Assembly (NCBI GenBank): GCA_004431415.1
Contig: QPMI01000420.1
Span: forward strand, 275,099 to 339,098
Reading direction: 5' to 3'
DNA: 64,000 nt
DNA from: Cyanophora paradoxa CCMP329
Taxonomy: Eukaryota > Plantae > Glaucophyta
Below are positions 1 through 10,186 of this stretch, one piece after another; positions within the stretch are counted from its first letter, which is position 1; the number at the start of each line of letters is the position of its first letter. The translations under genes were made by a program, and so were the position numbers. The notes under the pieces are model-generated. The model saw nothing but the letters and a program-made list of their open reading frames with translations, was not told the origin of the DNA and did no database searches.

Positions 1-1675
1 GGCCTGCGGGGCGGATGAAGCAGCGGGAGCCGGGGCGTGACCGCCCTTCTCCCGCCAGTTGCCGCCGCGTCCGCCGCGGCCGCCCTCGCCCGGCGTGCCG
101 GGGGCGGGCGCCGTCTGCGAGAGGGAAACGAGCGGGGCTTGCGCCTGGTTGTTCCTGTTGCCGCCGCGGCCGCCCCGCCCCCGCGGCCGCCGCGCCCGCC
201 CTCGCCAGGGCCGCCTGCGGCTGCCCCTCGCCCCCGGCCGACGTCGCCGACACTTCCCGCGTCGTCGTCAGGACGGCGCCGCGGCTGACGGTGCTCACTG
301 CCGCGCCCTGGGCTGCCGCCGGCTGCTGCGGGGCCGCGGACTGCGGACGCTGATCCCGCCCGCCCCCGCCCCCGCCCCGACCGCCGCCCTGCGGGGCCGA
401 GGACGGCCGCCCGCCTCCCCGACCCGGCCCGCCGCCGGAATCCCGCTTCTGTCCGGGGAATGAGACATGCAAGAGAACGGATTGTGTGGGGGCGGTCACC
501 GCTGGGGTAGCGGGCTTCGGTGGCTGCGGGGCGAGGTGCGGGGAAGGTAGGGGCCGCCCGTACGGATCTGCGCGGGGTACACGTTCAGGGCGCCGCCTGC
601 GCGGGCGGCCGGGCGTCGCGTACCCAGGTGGACCTCGCCCTTGCCCGCGCCGGAGGCGGCGGCGGCGGAAGCGGCCTGGGCGGGGGGCGGGCCCTCTCGC
701 TTCATGATGCGCTTGGGCCCCCGGGCGTCCTCCCGGGCCCTTGCGTTCGCCTGCGCGCCCCGGCGCGCGTGAGCGAGGCCCGAGCGAGCGAAAGCGCCAC
801 CCCGGCACCTTCGCCTCGGCCTTCTGGCGGCGCTTCTCGCGCAGGGCCTCCAGCAGCGGCGTGGTCTTGGTCGGAAGGCTGCCCCCGTGCGCAGCTGCCG
901 GGAGGTCATGAGCCGAAAGGCGGAGGCTGGCGGTCGCAAAAGCGCGCGCGCGAACCCGCAGCGGCCTTCTCCTCCGCCTCGCGCCGGTCCATCTGGACTT
1001 CGGCGCTCGGGAGCAGGTCCGGAACCTTCTTCAAAAGCTCGCAGAAAGCGAGGAAGTCGGCGTCTGGGGGAGCGGGGTCACAGAATGATCGACATGCACA
1101 GGAGGGACGTGGCGAACCCTTCTCGATCGTGTTCTGCCGAGCGTCGGGGCGGCGAGACTTGGGCACGCGCTGGTAGACCGCGAACTCGACCTCCGCCTTG
1201 AACTCCGTGCCTGCGCCGCCGTGTTGGCAAGAAAGCTTGTGCACCTGATGTCCGATGCATGCAGCAGCGGCTCCGGGAGCGGCGGCGCGGGCGCACCCTT
1301 GGAGTCGATGAAAGCGTGCCCATTGAACTGCCGGAGGAACTCCTGGGCCAGATCGGCCGTCTTGAAGTTCATGAAGGCACGCGAGTACACGCTCTTCTTC
1401 GTGCTGCAGGGCGAGCGCCTTCATCAGCGGTCGAAACGCAGACCGGGCAGGACGGACCCAATCTTCCCCATCTGGTAGCTGATCCAGTCGTACTGCCCGG
1501 CATACTTCTCGATTGTCGACTTGAAGCCCTCCTCGTTGAGGGCGTAAGGGAGTTTTCTCACCACAACCTGCACGCCGGTCACAGAGCACTGCGAATCCCA
1601 CGGGAAACAAATGCGCGCCTTTCTGGGCAGCGCCCGCTCTCGCGTGCCAGCGCCCCGGCCTCCGCCCGGCGGCAT
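1..1675 (-). CDS. UPF3: Nonsense-mediated decay factor UPF3 (Smg4/UPF3 RRM-like domain), multi-exon, 3' end runs off the window
   Basis: Spliced exons read MPPGGGRG..RK/VVVRKLPYALNEEGFKSTIEKYAGQYDWISYQMGKIG/..KKSVYSRAFMNFKTADLAQEFLRQFNGHAFIDSKG/TEFKAEVEFAVYQRVPKSRRPDARQNTIEK/DADFLAFCELLK. This matches the UPF3 pattern VVVRxLP..SRAYINF..F.G..FxDxKG..VEFAPYQ(K/R)VP..D...TIE.D..YL.F. Confidence 0.9.
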
Positions 1676-1761
1676 CTCGCACTTGCGCTGTACCCGCCTG
1701 ACGGCTTGCCAGGCTTGCTGCGGCTTGCCAGGCTTGCCTGGCTTGCCTCTAGCTGTGCCTC
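1676..1761. promoter_or_regulatory. Compact bidirectional promoter between UPF3 and SCNM1
   Basis: Only 86 bp separate the divergent ATGs; five GGCTTGC motifs at ~1703-1747. Confidence 0.55.
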
Positions 1762-2753
1762 ATGGGCGGCAACGTTCTAGGCGACAGCCGAGACCCAAGC
1801 GTGGACAGAGCGTTCAGGAAGCGTCGGGTGCGCGTCGCCGGTCTCGCAGCCTGGCTGCAGCTGCCTGGTTCCTAAGCGCGCCCTCCGCTTTCTGCCTCGC
1901 AGGTGAACGAGCTTTTTGGTGAGAACGTGCGGCGCGATGAGGGAAAACAGGTGCGTGCGCGCTGGCGTACGCGCCTCGCGCTCCGCCGACGTCGGCCTGG
2001 CCGCAGCTCTCGAACGGCAAGTGGGCCTGCCTCGGTAGCGCTTGAGTTCTTTCAGATCGCTCACGTCGCGCCTCTCATGCCCGCCGGCCGCAGTCTGCCG
2101 CTCTACACCAGTGCTGGACACTTTTGACGCGCTCGTCCTCCACCGGACGGGCAAGCGGCACAAGGAGGAGGCCCAGGCGAGGCGTCAGGCTCGCGCCAGC
2201 GGCTCCAGCTGCAGCAGGCACGGCGGCAACGCGGACAGCGCTAGCTGCAGCTCAGAGAAGACATCCTCAGGGCCTGCTCCTCAGCAGGAGCATACGCGGA
2301 CGAATCCACTGCCTCCTTTAAGACGCAAAGATTCTGCACAGGTAAACACGTCGGCCCCCCATTCTCCGTGCGTTTCCAGCCCTGTGGCTAACTATCAACA
2401 GCGGGCGGGGCCTGCGAAGCGGGCGAGAGGCGACGCCGGCCTAAGCGGCTCCTCATCGGCGCTCCCTGCATCCGCGCGCCTGCCTCCGTCCGCTCCGTCC
2501 TGGGCCCCACGCACCGCCGAGGACCACCAGCTCGCGCTCCGGCTCGCGGACTTCGGCTGGCGCCGGTGCGCATGCGCTCGTCTTCGAATTCCAGACTCGC
2601 TCGCCGTCGGAACCTCCGCCTAACGTACGGGCGCCGCGCCCGCGCAGGGACCCGCGCACGGGGCAGTGGTCCAGAGACGAGACGGTCGAGTTTGACAGCG
2701 ACGAGGAGATGCCCTACCCGCCGGGGTGCGCCTTGCCCCACAGCGAGAATTAA
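1762..2753 (+). CDS. SCNM1: Sodium channel modifier 1 (SCNM1)-like zinc-finger protein, minor (U12) spliceosome factor; multi-exon
   Basis: Not in the ORF track; reconstructed by splicing at GT-AG: MGGNVLGDSRDPSVDRAFRKRR/VNELFGENVRRDEGKQ/LSNGKWACL/VCRSTPVLDTFDALVLHRTGKRHK (C2H2 finger) ... FGWRR/DPRTGQWSRDETVEFDSDEEMP, the SCNM1 C-terminal acidic motif GW...W.KDENVEFDSDE. Confidence 0.85.
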
Positions 2754-4117
2754 CTCGGGTGTATCTTAAGTAAAACCCGAGATACCATTTCAGTGAAACG
2801 GACACGCAATGATGAGTCCGAAATACCATTTAAGCTCATCTCGGCAGGCATCTAAGCTTATTTAAGCTTATCTCGCAGGCCTGTGACCGGAGCACCCGTC
2901 CACCCGCGCCGCGCGCCCACCAGCGAGCAGCCAATCTCGATTGCACTCACTCTCTAGCTAGCTAGCTATCAGATGCCTGAATGGTCTCGCTAGCTAGCTA
3001 GCTACACCTACATCGCGCCTCGTTGACCACCTCTTAGCTACTCGCAGCGCCATCCGCGCAGCGCCATCGCCCACTTGTCCCAGCCGCCGGCGCCGCTCCA
3101 TGTGCTCCACCACATCCGCGGCGCCTCGTTGCGCGTGCCGCGGTGCCGCCAGGCGCCTGCACGCGCGAAGTCACGGCAAGGCGTGGCACCTAAGCTCAGC
3201 GCGGGACGGGAAGCTATAGGATGGACCGGCCTGGCGCGCTTGCTAGCAAGCATTGCTAGCTAACGTGGCGCAGCCTGGGGCGCGCGCGTACCTGGTGCCA
3301 GAGGGCCCGGCCCGCGGAACGCGGAACGCAGGCCTAGGGAGACCACCGAGGGCTCCTGCACGGAGTAGTCAGATCACTTAGCAAATCCGATGGCAGGACG
3401 GTGTCTTGGGCACTTGTTCGAACCTGCCATCGCGTCTCGGTCCAGAGCGTCGGAATTCGCGTCTCGGTGCTCGGAAGGGTTGCTGTCCGCCCTCAAGAGC
3501 TAGTTAGCCAGCGTGGCACCAAGTGGACGGCGGGAGACCGACCGCAGCGGGTGTCCGTTGAAGCCGATGAACGGAAGCCGATGAACAAGGACCTGCGCGT
3601 GAAGAGGACAGGAATGCGCTAGGAGTCGCGGTTCAATGCTGTTGCTCGGGCGGCGGCCAGCGAGGCCTGCGGGACGAAGACGTTGACGAAGGCTTTTTGG
3701 ATGTGTACCCTGTCCAATCGCGTACTGGTACCCCGGTCCCGCAGCTGCATTGCTGCTGCAACCATGTGCAATGGTCCCGCAGCTGCATCCCATCGTGCAG
3801 CTGAGCGCGTGCAAGCATACGTGTGCGAGGATGCCAAGGATGCCAAGAACTGGCGCGGCGCGATGTGGCGACAGGCAACCGATACACAGCCCGAGCCGCT
3901 AACGAGCGAAAAGCTTCGTGCGTGCCACTTCTAATACATTCTCTCCTATGAGTCCCCAGGGCTGAGTACTCCGTGGCGCAGGGCGACTCGGCGACGCAGC
4001 GCAGATGCTGACGCAGCGCGATCCATGCGGGGACCCGCCCTTCCGGCAAGCGATATGAACAGTTCGTACCACGTTCAGGAGTTTTCTCATAGACAAGTCA
4101 TGGGGCGGCCGCATAGG

Positions 4118-5060
4118 GCCGAGGCGCGGCCAGGCGGAGCGGAGGCGCGGCGGGCGGCGGCGAGGCTCACTGCACGCCGCGTAGGCGCGGCGGGCAGCGG
4201 CGCGGCTCTCTGGGCGGGGCGGAGGCGCGGCGCGCGGCGGGGCATCTCGCCGGGCGGCGCGGGAGGCGCGGCGGGCGGCGACGAGGCTCGCCGCACGCGG
4301 CGGAGGCGCGGCGGGCGGCAGCGAGGCTCTCCGGGCGGGGCGGAGGCGCGGCGGGCGGCGACGAGGCTCACCGCACGCGGCGGAGGCGCGACGGGCGGCG
4401 GCGAGGCTCTCTGGGCGGGGCGGAGGCGCGGCGCGCGGCGGGCATCTCGCCGGGCGGCGCGGGAGGCGCGGCGGGCGGCGGCGAGGCTCTCCGGCGGGGC
4501 GGAGGCGCGGCGGGCGGCGGGGCATCTCGCCGGGCGGCGCGGGAGGCGGCGCGGGCAGCGGCGCGGCTCTCCGGGCGGGGCGGAGGCGCGGCGCGCGGCG
4601 GGCATCTCGCCGGGCGGTGCGGGAGGCGCGGCGGGCGGCGACGAGGCTCGCTGCACGCGCGGGAGGCGCGGGCGGGCAGCGGCGCGGCTCTCCGGGTGGG
4701 CAGAGGCGCGGCGGGCGGCGGGGCATCTCGCCGGGCGGCGCGGGAGGCGCGGCGGGCAGCGGCGCGGCTCTCCGGGCGGGCGGAGGCGCGGCGGGCGGCG
4801 ACGAGGCTCGCCGCACGCGGCGGAGGCGCGACGGGCGGCGGCGAGGCTCTCTGGGCGGGGCGGAGGCGCGGCGCGCGGCGGGGCATCTCGCCGGGCGGCG
4901 CGGGAGGCGCGGCGGGCGGCGGCGAGGCTCTCCGGGCGGGGCGGAGGCGCGGCGGGCGGCGGGCATCTCGCCGGGCGGCGCGGGAGGCGGCGCGGGCAGC
5001 GGCGCGGCTCTCCGGGCGGGGCGGAGGCGCGGCGCGCGGCGGGGCATCTCGCCGGGGCAT
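4118..5060. repeat. Degenerate, extremely GC-rich tandem repeat array
   Basis: Shuffled modules GGCGGAGGCGCGGCGGGCGGC, GAGGCTCTCCGGGCGGG and GGGCATCTCGCCGGGCGGCGCGGGA recur many times. Confidence 0.9.
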
Positions 5061-5546
5061 ATAGCTAGCTCTAGGCGGCACTTGGCCGTAATAATTTCCG
5101 AAATCTCGTTCCAACAAGCGATGCCCTGTTAATGAGTGATATATGAGGCTTGTTTAAGCCTTTATATGATGCAACACACATGCTGTTGTTGACTGGGAAT
5201 GGAGCCACTCACCGAGGTCAGTTTTCATGATCGGATGACAGAGTTGGATGAGGTCATGATCAAGACGCCATGATGTCAGGCTTGAGAGCTCGTCAGACGT
5301 TTTGGCGGGCTCTTACAGGTTAGATTACTTTGCGAGTCCCGACCTTTTTATATATCCTGAAAGTTCTTTTCATTGTCGTTCTTATGATGTACTCTGATGT
5401 AATAGAGCTCAATTCTATCCAAAGATATTCAGTTCGAAAAGAAACTTCTGTGGATGGCACATGGTGCCCTGGTCTCGCTCTTGCCATCCCACTAGGGCCC
5501 GGGCACCCCGGCGCATCTTATAGATTCTGAATCCATGTATACCACA

Positions 5547-7097
5547 TGTTGTTTCTCAGGGCTTGGATGCAGGCGCGGGGCCCGCCCTGGGGAGGCCGGG
5601 CGTGCCACGGTGGTTCCTCGCGATCGGGCCCGGCCCATCATTCTCTGATGACCCCCTCACTCCCTCGAGGCGATTCTTCTGTGTCGCGCCCGGCGTCCCC
5701 GGCTCACCTTATATAAACTGAATCCCAATGTAATCGATGTTGGTTCTCAGGGCTCGGATGCAGGCGCGGGGCCCGCCCTGGGGAGGACGGGCGTGGTTCC
5801 GCGGGCCCATCATTCTCAGGTGCCCCCCTCACTCCCTCGAGGCGATTCTTCTGTGTCGTGCCCGGCGTCCCCGGCTCACCTTATATAAACTGAATCCCAA
5901 TGTAATAGATGTTGTGTCTCAGGGCTCGGATGCAGGCGCGGGGCCCGCCCTGGGGAGGACGGGCGTGGTTCCGCGGGCCCATCATTCTCAGGTGCCCCCC
6001 TCACTCCCTCGAGGCGATTCTTCTGTGTCGCCCCCGGCGTCCCCGGCTCACCTTATATAAACTGAATCCCAATGTAATAGATGTTGTGTCTCAGGGCTCG
6101 GATGCAGGCGCGGGGCCCGCCCTGGGGAGGACGGGCGTGGTTCCGCGGGCCCATCATTCTCAGGTGCCCCTCTTACTCCCTCGAGGCGATTCTTCTGTGT
6201 CGTGCCCGGCGTCCCCGGCTCACCTTATATAAACTGAATCCCAATGTAATCGATGTTGGTTCTCAGGGCTCGGATGCAGGCGCGGGGCCCGCCCTGGGGA
6301 GGACGGGCGTGGTTCCGCGGGCCCATCATTCTCAGGTGCCCCTCTCACTCCCTCGAGGCGATTCTTCTGTGTCGCCCCCGGCGTCCCCGGCTCACCTTAT
6401 ATAAACTGAATCCCAATGTAATAGATGTTGTGTCTCAGGGCTCGGATGCAGGCGCGGGGCCCGCCCTGGGGAGGACGGGCGTGGTTCCGCGGGCCCATCA
6501 TTCTCAGGTGCCCCCCTCACTCCCTCGAGGCGATTCTTCTGTGTCGTGCCCGGCGTCCCCGGCTCACCTTATATAAACTGAATCCCAATGTAATAGATGT
6601 TGTGTCTCAGGGCTCGGATGCAGGCGCGGGGCCCGCCCTGGGGAGGACGGGCGTGGTTCCGCGGGCCCATCATTCTCAGGTGCCCCTCTCACTCCCTCGA
6701 GGCGATTCTTCTGTGTCGCCCCCGGCGTCCCCGGCTCACCTTATATAAACTGAATCCCAATGCAATCGATGTTGTGTCTCAGGGCTCGGATGCAGGCGCG
6801 GGGCCCGCCCTGGGGAGGACGGGCGTGGTTCCGCGGGCCCATCATTCTCAGGTGCCCCCCTCACTCCCTCGAGGCGATTCTTCTGTGTCGTGCCCGGCGT
6901 CCCCGGCTCACCTTATATAAACTGAATCCCAATGTAATCGATGTTGGTTCTCAGGGCTCGGATGCAGGCGCGGGGCCCGCCCTGGGGAGGACGGGCGTGG
7001 TTCCGCGGGCCCATCATTCTCAGGTGCCCCCCTCACTCCCTCGAGGCGATTCTTCTGTGTCGAGCCCGGCGGTGCCGGCCCCGGCTCACCTTATATC
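5547..7097. repeat. 172-bp tandem satellite, about 9 copies
   Basis: Near-identical units (..CTCACCTTATATAAACTGAATCCCAATGTAAT..TCTCAGGGCTCGGATGCAGGCGCGGGGCCC..); ORF-track starts recur at 5737, 5909, 6081, 6253, 6425, 6597 (period 172). Confidence 0.97.
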
Positions 7098-7469
7098 AGA
7101 GTAATAGTACCAGCTTCTGGAATGCCCGAATGTATTTACTTTGCCTTCGCGGCCCGCTTTATAGCTAGCTATCTGTAGTGAATTCTGAATTTCGGGGGAA
7201 ATGTCAAAACCGGAAACCGGCGTGGCCCCGAATTCTCGCCGGAGTCTTTCCAAAATTCCGCCAGAATATTCGTGATTCTCGAGATTGTGCGCGAATTCGG
7301 GGGAAAATGTCAAAATCGGCAAACGCTTTGGCCCGGCCCCGAGTTCGAATTCTCTCCCAAAACTTTATCGCCGGCCTCGCTCGTCGCGATTTTTCGCTCT
7401 CGCTCTTCTGTATTTTTTGTATTTCTGTAGTGTGTGTGCTCGAGTGTGATTTTCAAGAAGGACAGGGAT

Positions 7470-9045
7470 GCAAGGCGGGGTGCGCCGCGGCGGGGCGGGC
7501 GGGCAGGGCCGGCGCGGGGCGCGATCCGGCCTGCGCGCGGGCGTCAGCGCGGCTCGCGGCGGACGGGGGGCGGCGGGGGCGGCGCGGACCTGGCCTCAGC
7601 CCCGTCGGCGAGGCGGGGCGCGCCGCGGCGGGGCGGGGCGGCCAGGGGCCGGCGCGGGCGCGATCCGGCCTGCGCGCGGGCGTCAGCGCGGCTCGCGGCG
7701 GACGGGGGGCGGCGGGGGCGGCGCGGACCTGGCCTCAGCCCCGTCGGCGAGGCGGGGCGCGCCGCGGCGGGGCGGGGCGGGCAGGGGCCGGCGCGGGGCG
7801 CGATCCGGCCTGCGCGCGGGCGTCAGCGCGGCTCGCGGGGGCGGCGGGGCGGCGGGGGCGGCGCGGACCTGGCCTCAGCCCCGTCGGCGAGGCGGGCGCG
7901 CCGCGGCGGGGCGGGCGGCCAGGGGCCGGCGCGGGGCGTGATCCGGCCTGCGCGCGGGCGTCAGCGCGGCTCGCGGGGGACGGGGGGCGGCAGGGGCGGC
8001 GCGGACCTGGCCTCAGCCCCGTCGGCGAGGCGGGGCGCGCCGCGGCGGGGCGGGGCGGCCAGGGCCGGCGCGGGGCGCGATCCGGCCTGCGCGCGGGCGT
8101 CAGCGCGGCTCGCGGCGGACGGGGAGGCGGCGGGGGCGGCGCGGACCTGGCCTCAGCCCCGTCGGCGAGGCGGGGCGCGCCGCGGCGGGGCGGGGCGGGC
8201 AGGGGCCGGCGCGGGGCGCGATCCGGCCTGCGCGCGGGCGTCAGCGCGGCTCGCGGCGGGCGGGGGGCGGCGGGGCGGCGCGGACCTGGCCTCAGCCTCG
8301 TCGGCGAGGCGGGGCGCGCCGCGGCGGGGCGGGGCGGGCAGGGGCCGGCGCGGGGCGCGATCCGGCCTGCGCGCGGGCGTCAGCGCGGCTCGCGGCGGGC
8401 GGGGGGCGGCGGGGCGGCGCGGACCTGGCCTCAGCCCCGTCGGCGAGGCGGGGCGCGCCGCGGCGGGGCGGGCGGCCAGGGGCCGGCGCGGGGCGTGATC
8501 CGGCCTGCGCGCGGGCGTCAGCGCGGCTCGCGGGGGGCGGGGGGGCGGCAGGGGCGGCGCGGACCTGGCCTCAGCCCCGTCGGCGAGGCGGGGCGCGCCG
8601 CGGCGGGGCGGGGCGGGCAGGGGCCGGCGCGGGGCGCGATCCGGCCTGCGCGCGGGCGTCAGCGCGGCTCGCGGCGGACGGGGAGGCGGCGGGGGCGGCG
8701 CGGACCTGGCCTCAGCCTCGTCGGCGAGGCGGGGCGCGCCGCGGCGGGGCGGGGCGGGCAGGGGCCGGCGCGGGGCGCGATCCGGCCTGCGCGCGGGCGT
8801 CAGCGCGGCTCGCGGCGGGCGGGGGGCGGCGGGGCGGCGCGGACCTGGCCTCAGCCTCGTCGGCGAGGCGGGGCGCGCCGCGGCGGGGCGGGGCGGGCAG
8901 GGGCCGGCGCGGGGCGCGATCCGGCCTGCGCGCGGGCGTCAGCGCGGCTCGCGGCGGGCGGGGGGCGGCGGGGGCGGCGCGGACCTGGCCTCAGCCCCGT
9001 CGGCGAGGCTGGGCGCGCCGCGGCAGGGCGGGGCGGGCGGGGCAT
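7470..9045. repeat. ~140-bp GC-rich tandem satellite, about 11 copies
   Basis: GATCCGGCCTGCGCGCGGGCGTCAGCGCGGCTCGC..GGACCTGGCCTCAGCCCCGTCGGCGAGG recurs at ~7523, 7662, 7802, 7940, 8079, 8220, 8359, 8497, 8638, 8779, 8918. Confidence 0.95.
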
Positions 9046-10186
9046 GATGTGCCTAGATAGCGCGCTATACAGCTATAGATAGTCGGCCAGCTGTCGGCTA
9101 TATAGCTCCAGTGAGCAACGTTAACTACCGCAGTATCACGAGCGCGCGCGGCTAGGCTAGGACGAAAGCACTTCTCCGAAGCTTTTGCATGTCTTCTGAC
9201 GGGCTAGCTCGCGCGGAGCGACACGTTGTAGGGCGATCGTACTCGCGCCACTGGTGCCGGTGCGCGAGGGCACAGACAACGTTGAAACTGCTTCCAGAAC
9301 ATAGCTGTCGCTACGCCTCGCCTCCTACGCCTCCGCTTCTATGCGCGACGGCGCCTGCTATCTCGAGCTGATTTCGGCGGGGGATAGCTCATTTCGGCAT
9401 TCGCCGAAATCGTACCCGAAATAATTCTCGCTGTGCCCCGGCCCGCCGCCGCCGAGCCTGCAGGCGCGGGCGGCCCGCCTTAGGCTCTCGAGCTCATTGG
9501 AAGGAATTCGAGCTCATTGGAAGGAATCCGAGCGCGCAGGCACGGGCCTCCGCGCGATGCGGAGGCCAGCATCGGAAGCGACGTCGACGGCGCGGCCGTT
9601 GCGCATGCCGCGGCCGCGGCCGTGGCCGTCGACGTCGACGTCGACGTCGGCGCGCGTGGAGCCGACGCAGCAGCAAGACGCGAGCAAAGCGAGAACAGCG
9701 CAGGAGATTGACAGCTAGTGAGAGCAGGCGTACCGTAGAATACGTACGTGGTGGCAGTTTAATTTGGCCGCCGCGCGCGCTGGGCGGCGCCGGCCGGATC
9801 AAATGTTCGTCAGTCCGAGCGGCGAGCGCTCGCGCAGCTACCGGTAGCAGCTAAAAGCGCAGCTGGCAGTGGCAAAGAGCGCATGCGCATGCGCAGGTGG
9901 AGAAATCCGCGAAAGGGCCGGAACGAGGGTACAGGGTTAAATCCAGCCAGCCACCCGCAACGCGAAGAGGCCGGGCGCTCGGCGAGCAGCTCGGTGTCGT
10001 CGGAAAGATCACAGCTACTGATAGATCGACCTTGCGCAATTGCCGCATCTTATCCAGACCTCCGAGTTGGCTGAACAATGGGCCCTCAGCTCGCGGGAGG
10101 GGGCGGCGGAGTCAGCGAGCGCTGAATCGCCGCTGGCAATGTTTCCTGCAAGCGGGAGGGCATAGTCGCGCTCGGAGAAGGCGGCG

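Noticed and set aside
3038-4049. Additional gene between SCNM1 and the repeats
   Set aside because: Short ORFs with no recognisable motif or consistent splice pattern.
5547-7097. CRISPR array, or a family of 107-aa genes
   Set aside because: Whole 172-bp units repeat with no unique spacers and no cas genes; the ORFs are by-products of the satellite period.
7178-9082. 634-aa ORF (and 300-380 aa ORFs at 3899-5132)
   Set aside because: Stop-free frames of almost pure GC tandem repeats with A/G/R/P-only composition.
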